From assembly GCA_963701855.1 (NCBI GenBank), contig CAVPBK010000009.1, positions 96,001 through 160,000 on the forward strand: a stretch of DNA of 64,000 nucleotides, read 5' to 3'. The notes under the pieces were generated by a model. That model ran no database searches and was not told where the DNA came from. It saw only the letters and a program-made list of their open reading frames with translations. Made by a program: the position numbers and the translations under genes. Position 1 is the stretch's first letter; each line of letters starts with the position of its first letter. Below are positions 18,757-27,917 of this stretch, one piece after another. This DNA is from Nitrospirota bacterium (lineage in GTDB: Bacteria; Nitrospirota; Nitrospiria; Nitrospirales; Nitrospiraceae).

Positions 18757-19958
18757 TATCGTCCTATCCTCGCAGATCGATGCTGTATCACAGTGCATTG
18801 GGCTTGTAGTGATGCGCCAGGCCAGGCTCGGAGAAGTTCGCAGACTCGCTGCACCTGGTCCTCCCGCTGTTCAGGGAAACAGGGAAGAGTCAGAATACGG
18901 TCAGCTAATCGCTCAGTAACGGGAAGGCAATCCCCTCCCCTGATACGCCCTGCGTAGGCTGGCTGGCGATGGACCGGCATCGGATAGTGTCTGGCTGTGC
19001 GGACTCCACCGCGAAGGAAAAACTCCTCCAAGGCCGAGCGAACTTCGCACTCCAGCACGAAGAGATGCATGGCGTGCGTGGTGCCATGAATTACCGCTGG
19101 TGCCGTCAACTCTGCACAGTGAATGGCCTGGCGATACCGCGTGGCGATTGTACGCCGATGTTCGTTTCGTCGATCCAGGTACGGGAGTTTGACTCGGAGA
19201 ATTGCCGCTTGCAGTTCGTCTAAGCGTGAATTGCTTCCTGTGACATGGCTGACGTAGCGTTCTCGCCATCCATATTCGCGCATTTCGCGCACCCGCTGCG
19301 CCAGGGGTTCTTCATCGGTCACAACAGCACCGGCATCACCCAGTGCACCGAGATTCTTCGTGGGATAGAAGCTGAAGGCGGCAGCATGGCCGAAGGTGCC
19401 AACCTTCCGGCCAGCGATCGCGGCTCCATGCGCCTGGGCACAATCTTCGACAACGGCGAGACCATGGGAGTCGGCAATGGCCAGGATGGTTTCCATCGGG
19501 GCCGGTTGTCCATAGAGATGCACTGGCAGGATGGCCTTTGTCCTGGATGAGAGCGCACTGGTGATCAAATCTGGATTGATGCAGCGTGTCACGGGATCAA
19601 TGTCCACAAACACCGGCACTGCCCCAAGGGTCTCGATAGCGGCCACGGTGGCCACTGCCGTATGTGAGACGGTCACCACTTCGTCGCCCATCTTCACACC
19701 AACCGCCCGCAAGGCAAGGGCAATGGCATCCGTGCCGCTCGCCACTCCCAGGCAATGACGGATACCGAGATACGAAGCCCATTCGCGTTCGAAAGCCGCT
19801 GTCTCATCACCGAGAATGTACGCCCCTCCCGACAGAACTTGCTCGATCGCCTCCTGGATCGAAGAACGCAAGGCTCTCACCTCCGCCCCAGGGTCGGCGA
19901 TCGGAATCCAGTCAGGCTGCAACTGCAGATGACCAGTAGTGCGCAGCGTTGCGTTCAT
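18756..19958 (-). CDS. DegT/DnrJ/EryC1/StrS sugar aminotransferase
   Basis: [34 protein letters not shown]; start uncertain (ATG 19958 or TTG 19922). Confidence 0.93.
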   Translation of the reverse strand: MNATLRTTGHLQLQPDWIPIADPGAEVRALRSSIQEAIEQVLSGGAYILGDETAAFEREWASYLGIRHCLGVASGTDAIALALRAVGVKMGDEVVTVSHTAVATVAAIETLGAVPVFVDIDPVTRCINPDLITSALSSRTKAILPVHLYGQPAPMETILAIADSHGLAVVEDCAQAHGAAIAGRKVGTFGHAAAFSFYPTKNLGALGDAGAVVTDEEPLAQRVREMREYGWRERYVSHVTGSNSRLDELQAAILRVKLPYLDRRNEHRRTIATRYRQAIHCAELTAPAVIHGTTHAMHLFVLECEVRSALEEFFLRGGVRTARHYPMPVHRQPAYAGRIRGGDCLPVTERLADRILTLPCFPEQREDQVQRVCELLRAWPGASLQAQCTVIQHRSARIGR

Positions 19959-20916
19959 AAAACTCCAAGGTGTGCCGAAGGCCTTCCTGAAGGGACGTAG
20001 TGGGTGTCCATCCGAGATGCCTGTGGATTTTCCCGAAATCGCCATAGTAATCACCGATGTCAATGATCTGTCGTTCTACGGGGAAGGGAATCAGCTGATA
20101 AGTCCCTTTCCCATGAAGAGCGATCAGCTGTTCGGCTGTCTCACGCAAGCTGACCGGGTGGTCGTGGCCGAGATTGAAGACCTCACCGTTCGCGCCTTTT
20201 GAAAGAGCGACCCGCACGAAGGCCTCAACGACATCGTCAACATAGTTAAAATCTCGAATCTGATTGCCGGTACCATAGATCAGGATCGGCAGCTCTTCGA
20301 AGAGGCGGCGGATCCAAATCCCCAGAAAGGTTTGTCTCGCATCGACGACCCGCATCCGGGGCCCGTAGGTATTCGTCAAGCGAAGAACTGCAGTCTGGAT
20401 GCCGTATACCTGATGATAGAGTAGGTGATACATTTCGCCCGCGAGTTTGTTGATCCCGTTCACGTCCACAGGATGAAGCGCGTGTGCCTCGTCCACAGGA
20501 AGATAGGCGGGCTTCCCATAGATCTGTCTGGTGCTCGCAAAGACAATCTTGATTTGCGGGTTATATCGTCGACAGGCTTCCAGGATCGAAAGCTGTGCAC
20601 GGGCATTGATTTCCAGATCCGCATGCGGCTGCTCCATCGAATCCAGGTGGCTTGTCTGTCCCGCAAGATTAAACAGGATATCTTGATGCTGGAGCAGGTA
20701 CTTCATGGCGTGATCGTCGCGGACGTCGGCAATATTGACGCGCACCTTGTCGCGAACGGATTCAATGTTCCAAAGGTTGCCGCCATATTCCGGAATCATG
20801 CTGTCTACGAGCGTGACCTGCGCCCCCATAGACACGAGCCGATTGGCCAGGTTGGAGCCGATAAACCCGACCCCTCCTGTAATCAAAATCTTGACTGAGC
20901 GAAGCCCGTCATCCAT
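19912..20916 (-). CDS. NAD-dependent nucleotide-sugar epimerase/dehydratase
   Basis: [31 protein letters not shown] where YxxxK is usual; ATG 20916. Confidence 0.9.
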   Translation of the reverse strand: MDDGLRSVKILITGGVGFIGSNLANRLVSMGAQVTLVDSMIPEYGGNLWNIESVRDKVRVNIADVRDDHAMKYLLQHQDILFNLAGQTSHLDSMEQPHADLEINARAQLSILEACRRYNPQIKIVFASTRQIYGKPAYLPVDEAHALHPVDVNGINKLAGEMYHLLYHQVYGIQTAVLRLTNTYGPRMRVVDARQTFLGIWIRRLFEELPILIYGTGNQIRDFNYVDDVVEAFVRVALSKGANGEVFNLGHDHPVSLRETAEQLIALHGKGTYQLIPFPVERQIIDIGDYYGDFGKIHRHLGWTPTTSLQEGLRHTLEFYERNAAHYWSSAVAA

Positions 20917-23701
20917 GACTGCCGGCCTTTCGAAAGACATAGGTCGCTTCAAATTCATCTCGCTCAGGATGGCTGTCGTACTCTAATTGCTTGACCAGCT
21001 CCAGATCTTGATCGCGACACAGGTTAAGAATCTCCGACTCGTTCAATCGCAGTTCATGCGTTTCAATCCCATAGGCGAGCTTTTTGTAATGGCTAGTCGG
21101 ATGTGCCCGACAGACAGGCGTTCGATGAAGCACTACAATCTGTGACGAAACGCGTGCCGCTTCCTCAATATGCTTCGGATAGTCGGCCACGTGCAGGAGC
21201 ACACAGGAAGAGACGGCAATGAGAAAGCTGTGATTGGGAAACTTCAGCGTGGCTCCATCCCCCACCTGGAAGCTCGCTTGTGGGTAGTACTGTTTTGCCA
21301 ACGCCACCATCGCGGGCGAGAAATCGACTCCGACATACGAGATTCTAGCGTTCAAAAGATACTCTAGGATTTCGTAGTAATAGCCGCTCGCGCAGCCGAT
21401 TTCGAGCACACGGCAGTCTGGCGTGATGAAGGGTCTTAAGGCATCAGCCAAGACCTGATAGACCACGGGTGGGTGGCCCTTATACAGAGCGGCGAGCTCT
21501 TGCTGTACCAGCGCTCGCTGCTTGAGGGGAATCGCCGGTGACTGCCAGGATGAGGCCAAAGCTGTGGTGATGTCACCCGGTTGAATCGGTGCTTTGCCAT
21601 ACGACACGTGTGCGAGATCGGGATCGGGAAGGCGCTGATGTCCTTGTCTTTCCACCAGATGCCGGCTTAGGATCTCCGCTGTCTGAGCCATGCGTTTTGT
21701 GTAAGTGTGGTCGCGAAATGTCCTGGCTTGACCCCTGTCAGCGATTCGGCGCGCTTCCTCCTGGTGAGTAAGGTAGTAGCGGACCAGCTCTGCGCATTCC
21801 TCCAGAGACCGATAGGCGATGACCTCTTCTCCAATGGTAAACAGATCGTGGAGGTTGTCTTTATGGTCCGTTACCAGCAACGCACCGCACCCGGTGGCTT
21901 CAAAGAGCCGCATGTTATTGGCGTAGGTCTGCGAGACATCAATATGATGATTGATGGTGATCTGGGAGCGACGAAGAGTAGAGAACATATCGACACCCCA
22001 GACTTCGCCGTGTAGACGTGTCTGTTCGACTCCGGAAGCGCGCAGAGTATCGAGGTCATACCCCCAACATTCGAGCGGGACGAGCTTGGCGAGCGAGGCA
22101 ACAAATAGCTGTCGTTCTTTATGTGCAGGGGAGAGCCCGCCGACGAATGTGACGGCATGTGAACGTTCTTCAGTCGAGAGTGTCCTGGCAATACGTGGCT
22201 CAAATGCCAGCGGCTGATAATAGGCTGTGATCCCCTGTCTTCGGAAGTCTTCAATGAAATGAGGGAATGAGGAGAAGATGAGATCGAGCCCCTTCAACTC
22301 CGCATGAACTGGAATGGGGGAGGCAATTTGCCCGACGATGAATGTGACATGATGACGGATGCACGCCAGAAACTCTTTTGTGGCGAGTCTCAGATCCTGA
22401 AGGTAGAGAACCTCAGGGCGTCGTCGCCGAATCTGTTCAATCGCGATATCCATCAGCTGTCTATGGCCTCGATAGCCTTGTTCCCGCGCCCAGGATTCCT
22501 GAAGAGGGGCGCAATTGACGATCACATCTTCAGCCTGCCATCCTGCCAACATCATCCCAGACGAGTAGAAATCGCTGTCGCCGAAGCAGGCTTGTTGAAG
22601 CGCGAGGCGTTGTGCCTCATACGGTTGCGATACTCGGTCAGGCATCAATCGGTAGTGATGTGTCAGAAAACCTGGATAATAGGTATTGAGGAAGAGGCAT
22701 GTCGGCTGGCCGGCGAGCGATGGCGCCGGAATCGCTTGGACCCTCTCTGACTGGTCTCTCGTCGCAACACACTCGCATGAGAAGGGAGTCTGGGCAGGCG
22801 ATGCCGGCGGTAGCTGCTCCTCCATGTGATGACTGTGTCCTTGCTCAGCTGGTTCGAAAAGCCGGTGCAGAAAAGATCGTGCAGGTTCGTGGGTCAGAAA
22901 CTCACGCGAATTGAGACGTGCCGTCAGGAGTCCCTTGCCCAACCAAAACACACCGCAGTCCTTCACATAGCCTAGACGGTCCCACCAATCAGCAATAGAG
23001 AGTTCGCTGTCCCGCAAGGCGTCGTCCATAAAGATCCACGCATGATCAGCCAGAAAGTTCCTGACAAGTGGTATTGTTCCGAAACGACCTCCATAGTCCG
23101 CAGCAGGCCCATCAACAATGACGAGATCGGGTCTGCTTGGTCCGAAGAATTGGTGGAGCTCCTGATCGTTTAACTGGTAGCATTCCGTCCGCACATGTTG
23201 GATGACCTGGGATATTAGCGGGGCCGTCATGAACCGCACGCTCTCGTGCAGGCCATGAAGCCGGAGGCGGGATTCGATCCGCTGCACATACTGTGGAGAT
23301 TGATCCACGCTGAAAATATGTGGGGTCTTCGATGTGCCATGCAATCTCCGCATCATACAAGCCAAGGCCAGCGTACTGGCGCCGCTGCCGAACTTGAGAA
23401 TGGCTTGCGGACGCATCTGCTCGACCTTGTTCAAGAGAAAGTCGATGGCAGCCAAAGTCATCGACCATTCGCCCAACGGAAGCCCTTCCAAGACTGCAGC
23501 AATCTCCGGGCGAAATGTTGACGGATATGTATGGGGCATGGCAGTCGGTGGTGCGAGGGAATCTGCACCTGGAACCCAGACAACCGCGCGTCTCCACAAC
23601 GACAGGCACGCAGCAAGAGGCATAGGGATTTCTCGAAAGGCCGCTCGCGCTGAAATAAGCAGAGCGTCTATATCAGTTGAAGCTTCGATAGCCTGTGGCA
23701 C
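20909..23701 (-). CDS. Fusion: SAM methyltransferase, CgeB-type glycosyltransferase, SAM methyltransferase
   Basis: FGSGAST..VDGP..DDALR; NMRLFEATGCG..DHTY; VLEIGCASGYY..GVDFS; AGGAGG RBS before GTG. Confidence 0.85.
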   Translation of the reverse strand: MPQAIEASTDIDALLISARAAFREIPMPLAACLSLWRRAVVWVPGADSLAPPTAMPHTYPSTFRPEIAAVLEGLPLGEWSMTLAAIDFLLNKVEQMRPQAILKFGSGASTLALACMMRRLHGTSKTPHIFSVDQSPQYVQRIESRLRLHGLHESVRFMTAPLISQVIQHVRTECYQLNDQELHQFFGPSRPDLVIVDGPAADYGGRFGTIPLVRNFLADHAWIFMDDALRDSELSIADWWDRLGYVKDCGVFWLGKGLLTARLNSREFLTHEPARSFLHRLFEPAEQGHSHHMEEQLPPASPAQTPFSCECVATRDQSERVQAIPAPSLAGQPTCLFLNTYYPGFLTHHYRLMPDRVSQPYEAQRLALQQACFGDSDFYSSGMMLAGWQAEDVIVNCAPLQESWAREQGYRGHRQLMDIAIEQIRRRRPEVLYLQDLRLATKEFLACIRHHVTFIVGQIASPIPVHAELKGLDLIFSSFPHFIEDFRRQGITAYYQPLAFEPRIARTLSTEERSHAVTFVGGLSPAHKERQLFVASLAKLVPLECWGYDLDTLRASGVEQTRLHGEVWGVDMFSTLRRSQITINHHIDVSQTYANNMRLFEATGCGALLVTDHKDNLHDLFTIGEEVIAYRSLEECAELVRYYLTHQEEARRIADRGQARTFRDHTYTKRMAQTAEILSRHLVERQGHQRLPDPDLAHVSYGKAPIQPGDITTALASSWQSPAIPLKQRALVQQELAALYKGHPPVVYQVLADALRPFITPDCRVLEIGCASGYYYEILEYLLNARISYVGVDFSPAMVALAKQYYPQASFQVGDGATLKFPNHSFLIAVSSCVLLHVADYPKHIEEAARVSSQIVVLHRTPVCRAHPTSHYKKLAYGIETHELRLNESEILNLCRDQDLELVKQLEYDSHPERDEFEATYVFRKAGSHG

Positions 23702-23822
23702 TAATCCTCCTTCTTGCGACTGCTCGCTTGTTGCGGACTACAAAAACAAAAGATTCATCTGCTGAGCGCTGCGCGTACTTTCAAGCAAATGCTGCCGATG
23801 CGGAACCTTTGATTGGAAGCCA

Positions 23823-23838
23823 AGCAAGGCCTGCGCCA
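23823..23838 (-). promoter_or_regulatory. Sigma54 promoter of the glycosylation operon
   Basis: TGGCGCAGGCCTTGCT (GG-N10-GC). Confidence 0.7.
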
Positions 23839-23955
23839 GTCGTCGAAGAATCGATCAGAATAGACAAATGTTGGTTGGACAGCGGTTTGCCAGGAAACAC
23901 GCATCTGAGATTGAGGTCCAGCCAGGCAAGCATTGCCTAGTGTCCGGCAATTCCG

Positions 23956-24690
23956 TCATGGTCCTGACAGTGGCGTCAAAAATCCCCAATCGGTTTGGCG
24001 CTGCATCACGGCATATTCAATGGCCTTCTGAACATTCCCTCCCCACCCGCGATATTCGATGGCTTCTTTTCCGTTAAAGCGGAACTCAACGCCAAGTGCG
24101 AGGGCCCCGTCGCATTCGGCAATATTCTTGATCGCACCGGCGAGATGCGTGACATGCCCGATCCCGATCAGTTCGAATTCTAAATAGACCGTGGCGCCCA
24201 TCACCACGTCGGCTCTCGAACTTTGCAGGATGATCCGGCATCCTGACAGGCTGATATCCTGCAACAGACAGCCAATGGGAGCGGAACCAATCGACGTGGC
24301 TAACGTCGCGTCTCCATGGATACCCTGCATCAGGAGCAATGGTTCATTGCTGGCGACGCGCGCATCCTTACGAAGATGGATTTCCTCGGTCCTATGAGGG
24401 AATGCAAGATAGAGAAGAGGAAGCGGTGACATCTGTGCCATGCAGACTTCGCTTCGGTATGCGACAAGCTTGCCGGCCACCATCGAGCGGACAAGACAGG
24501 GGGTTCCCGTTTCGCACGGAACCGCTTGCCCGAAATGAAACGGCCATTCGCAAATCAGCCAAGACCTCTCTTTCCAGCCCATTAATGTGGATCCGCAGTT
24601 GACTTTATCAGGACCGGAACCGATGACCAGCTGGAGCGGCAATCCGACCTTGAGAATCGACGATTGTGCGGAGGCATGCTCTGGTTCCAT
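23956..24690 (-). CDS. YcgR/FlgZ-like flagellar brake (PilZN + PilZ)
   Basis: LRKDAR (RxxxR) and DISLSG (DxSxxG); YcgR-like N-terminal barrel. Confidence 0.85.
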   Translation of the reverse strand: MEPEHASAQSSILKVGLPLQLVIGSGPDKVNCGSTLMGWKERSWLICEWPFHFGQAVPCETGTPCLVRSMVAGKLVAYRSEVCMAQMSPLPLLYLAFPHRTEEIHLRKDARVASNEPLLLMQGIHGDATLATSIGSAPIGCLLQDISLSGCRIILQSSRADVVMGATVYLEFELIGIGHVTHLAGAIKNIAECDGALALGVEFRFNGKEAIEYRGWGGNVQKAIEYAVMQRQTDWGFLTPLSGP

Positions 24691-25916
24691 CAGGCAGCTT
24701 CCTTATCAAGATAGGTGCGAGGTGTGATCCCCAAGACGGCCGGATCAAGGATCGACACGATCGTCTGATCCGGCTCGCTAGCCTGCGCCGCGAGGTCGAA
24801 ATCGACAGGACGGGGTCGCCGATGCCCGGTTTCATCCGTGATCAGCACGACCAAGGGCCGTATTGGAGCCTGATGATTGAATTGCTTTACGATCGCCGTC
24901 TCCCCCGTACTCAGCGAGACACATGAACCGACGGGATATACCCCCACGACCTGTACGAACTGCTGGACCAACGTTCCGTCTACGTGGCCCGGAGTTCCCA
25001 ATTGATAGAGAAACTGAAGTGTGTCGTGAGGTGTTTTCCCTTTGTGATAACAACGGTCGCTCGTCACGGCATCGTAGATATCCACAATGGCGGCAATGAG
25101 GCCGAACTGACTGATATCTATTTTGGATCGGTGATGGGGATACCCAGTCCCGTCAACGCGCTCATGATGCTCCAATAAGGGCTTCAGAAACATATCGGTG
25201 AGACCGGTGGTGTTCGACAGTATCTCTGCGCCGCGCATGACGTGTTGCTTCATGATCTCGAACTCATTGGTCTCATAGCGGCCTGGCTTGTTCAGAATCT
25301 CGATTGGAATCAGCGTTTTTCCAATATCATGCAGCAGCATCCCTGTTCCAAGCTGAAGCAACGACACCCGCTCATACCCAAGATGTTTTCCGACTGACAG
25401 AGCCAGGGCGGAAGTATTGACGGAATGAAAAAAAGTGTATTCGTCAAAGTTTTTGAGGCGGGTCAGACTGGTAAGCGCGTCTGGGCTGCGCAGGATGCTG
25501 TCAGCCATGCTCTCGACCACTTCACTGACCGCCTCCATGTTCAACGCCCGGCCCATCCTGACGTCTTCCATGGCTTGCTGAATGACCAGTTTCGCGGCTT
25601 TGTAGACTTGTTTTGCTACCGGCAGCTCTTCGGCAAACGGAATGGCCGTCGGTTCGGGCTCCGGCGTTGGAGATATCGGCTGAGTGGCTTCAGCCTTCGC
25701 CGTCATAGCCGGCACGAACGAGCCGGAGTCCTGGCAGACGTTGTCAGTTTCAACATCGAGTTGTTGAACACCGCTCGCCTGCAGTTGTGCGATTTGCTCT
25801 GAAGACGTAATCGTGAATCGATGCCGTAAGAACGGCGTAGCCAGCCAAGAACGATCGAGTTTCTCGACCTTCATACCGATTTTCAGTTGATCGATGGAAA
25901 TTCGCTTGCGCATCAT
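24690..25916 (-). CDS. HD-GYP c-di-GMP phosphodiesterase with DUF3391-like N-terminus
   Basis: HSVN, LHDIGK, HHERVDGTGYP, DIYDA; start placed at MMRKRISI. Confidence 0.92.
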   Translation of the reverse strand: MMRKRISIDQLKIGMKVEKLDRSWLATPFLRHRFTITSSEQIAQLQASGVQQLDVETDNVCQDSGSFVPAMTAKAEATQPISPTPEPEPTAIPFAEELPVAKQVYKAAKLVIQQAMEDVRMGRALNMEAVSEVVESMADSILRSPDALTSLTRLKNFDEYTFFHSVNTSALALSVGKHLGYERVSLLQLGTGMLLHDIGKTLIPIEILNKPGRYETNEFEIMKQHVMRGAEILSNTTGLTDMFLKPLLEHHERVDGTGYPHHRSKIDISQFGLIAAIVDIYDAVTSDRCYHKGKTPHDTLQFLYQLGTPGHVDGTLVQQFVQVVGVYPVGSCVSLSTGETAIVKQFNHQAPIRPLVVLITDETGHRRPRPVDFDLAAQASEPDQTIVSILDPAVLGITPRTYLDKEAA

Positions 25917-26053
25917 CCTCCGGGGACCGTAAGCGAGCGACGACACTGGTGCTCATCGAACGTAATTACTCAGGTGTTCAGGCTGAAGACTAAAATCCTT
26001 CAGCCTATCTACCTGAGTAGATACCATTGAGCACCAACATGTCCTGATGGACT

Positions 26054-26081
26054 TTATCGGTGTCGAAGGGAGAAATCTTGA
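26054..26081 (-). promoter_or_regulatory. Sigma28 promoter of the HD-GYP / brake operon
   Basis: TCAAG-N15-ACCGATAA. Confidence 0.75.
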
Positions 26082-26148
26082 GGGAAAACGAGTGGCCGAC
26101 GTATCGGGAGCCAATACAGCACATTGGGCGGCACTTCCTTGGTTTATG

Positions 26149-26176
26149 TCAAGTTCAGCTCGATTGTTCCCGATAG
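26149..26176 (+). promoter_or_regulatory. Sigma28 promoter of the HD-GYP / hybrid kinase operon
   Basis: TCAAG-N15-CCCGATAG. Confidence 0.65.
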
Positions 26177-26267
26177 CACAGTGTGGTGGACTCTCCTTCA
26201 CATGAGGGAGTTTGCGTCATCAATCTGTCCAGCAATCACTATACGGGCACATAGATAGGCATTGTAG

Positions 26268-27917
26268 ATGAGACCTGTGAAAACAATCACGATCGATCAA
26301 CTCAAACCGGGGATGTTCGTCGTTGGAATGGACCAATCCTGGTATCGAACCCCCTTCCTCCTTCATAAACGCCTCATCCGCGATATGAATGACATTGAGC
26401 TGCTCCGACAATATGGGATCAGGGAAGTGAAGATCGATCCTGGTCGTGGCCTCGATCTGGAGCCGGTTCCCTCAGGAGACTTATCTCCGTCGTCGAACGC
26501 ACAGGACACAGCCGCCCCCCCTCAACCGAGCTATGCGGCACAACCGGCCTCAACAGAACAGGTTCCTCTGCCTGCCTCCAGCGTTGAAATATATGCAGCG
26601 CAACTGATCACGCCGGTCAGCCAGCAAACTTCGCCGAGGTCGTCGAACGCACAGGACACAGCCGCCCCCCCTCAACCGAGCTATGCGGCACAACCGGCCT
26701 CAAGAGAACAGGTTCCTCTGCCTGCCTCCAGCGCTGAAATACATGCAGCGCAACTGATCACGCCGGTCAGCCAGCAAACTTCGCCGAGGTCGTCGAACGC
26801 ACAGGACACAGCCGCCCCCTCTCAACCGAGCTATGCGGCACAACCGGCCTCGAGAGAACAGGTTCGTCTGCCTGCCTCCAGCGCTGAAATACATGCAGCG
26901 CAACTGATCACGCCGGTCAGTCAGCAAACTTCGCGGAGGTCATCGAACGCGAGGGAACAGGCAGCGGCAAGCCAAGAGACCTATAGAGAAGCGACCTGTT
27001 CGATGCAGCGTATGTTTGAAGAGTTGGAGGCGGGAATCGTCCCTCGACCAGATACGTTGCGAACAGTCGTCGGGAATGTCCTCTCGCGTGTGCTGGACGA
27101 TGGCGCCTCCATGCTCAGTCTTCTCTCTCTCCAAAAGATGAAACGATTCGATCGTACATTGGCCTCACACGCACTCGATGTCTGTACTCTCTCTCTCATT
27201 GTGGCGCAGGATCTTGGAGTTGCGGAAGGAGACTTGGAAGCGCTCGGCGCCGGCGCATTGCTGCACGACATCGGTTATGTCCGGTTGCCGAGGAATCTGT
27301 ACCGAAGAAACCATGATCTTACGGAGCAAGAGCGCGCACTGATGCAGCAGCATTCTGCGCTGGGATTGGCGATCTTACAGGATGCACAAGAAAACCGTGA
27401 CGCTGTCATCAGGATTGTCGCGGAACATCATGAGTGCCTCAATGGGAGTGGGTTCCCGCACAAACTTACGGGAGACTCCCTCTCTGTCCTGGCCCAGCTG
27501 GTCGGTCTGGTAGACGCCTATGACGGCATGGTGAGCCGCCGTGGAGGCCGTCCTGCGATGTTGCCGCATGATGCCATCCGGCAATTGTTTCAACTTGGGG
27601 ACACGGGACAGTACGCAAAGGATTTGGTCCGAGCCATGATCGGCAGTCTTGGTGTCTATCCGATCGGCAGTCTGGTCCTGTTGAACACGGCAGAACAGGC
27701 GGTGGTCGTGGGGGTGAGTCACACACATCGGCTCAAACCGGCCGTCAAAGTGATTACCGGGCCTCATGGAGAATTTTACCCCACGCCAATTCTCGTCGAT
27801 CTTGGGGCCCAGGCAGCAGGAGGTTCAGAACGGATCATCAAGAAGGCGCTGGACCCCCTACAAGAACGAGTGAACGTGGCCATGTTTCTTGATGGTATTC
27901 ACGAAGAGGCGGCCTGA
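26268..27917 (+). CDS. HD-GYP-family protein with DUF3391-like N-terminus and repeat linker
   Basis: [17 protein letters not shown] (GFP variant), [15 protein letters not shown]. Confidence 0.9.
   Translation: MRPVKTITIDQLKPGMFVVGMDQSWYRTPFLLHKRLIRDMNDIELLRQYGIREVKIDPGRGLDLEPVPSGDLSPSSNAQDTAAPPQPSYAAQPASTEQVPLPASSVEIYAAQLITPVSQQTSPRSSNAQDTAAPPQPSYAAQPASREQVPLPASSAEIHAAQLITPVSQQTSPRSSNAQDTAAPSQPSYAAQPASREQVRLPASSAEIHAAQLITPVSQQTSRRSSNAREQAAASQETYREATCSMQRMFEELEAGIVPRPDTLRTVVGNVLSRVLDDGASMLSLLSLQKMKRFDRTLASHALDVCTLSLIVAQDLGVAEGDLEALGAGALLHDIGYVRLPRNLYRRNHDLTEQERALMQQHSALGLAILQDAQENRDAVIRIVAEHHECLNGSGFPHKLTGDSLSVLAQLVGLVDAYDGMVSRRGGRPAMLPHDAIRQLFQLGDTGQYAKDLVRAMIGSLGVYPIGSLVLLNTAEQAVVVGVSHTHRLKPAVKVITGPHGEFYPTPILVDLGAQAAGGSERIIKKALDPLQERVNVAMFLDGIHEEAA
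26489..26950 (+). repeat. In-frame tandem repeat, 3 x 150 bp plus a partial fourth unit
   Basis: Units begin GTCGTCGAACGC at 26489, 26639 and 26789, and GTCATCGAACGC at 26939; encodes 50 aa [10 protein letters not shown]...QQTSPR. Confidence 0.97.

Noticed and set aside
25953..26201. 82 aa ORF between the HD-GYP genes
   Set aside because: Covers both divergent promoters and a family B repeat
26489..26950. Direct-repeat array as a possible CRISPR
   Set aside because: Units are contiguous 150 bp coding repeats with no unique spacers, and no cas genes are present
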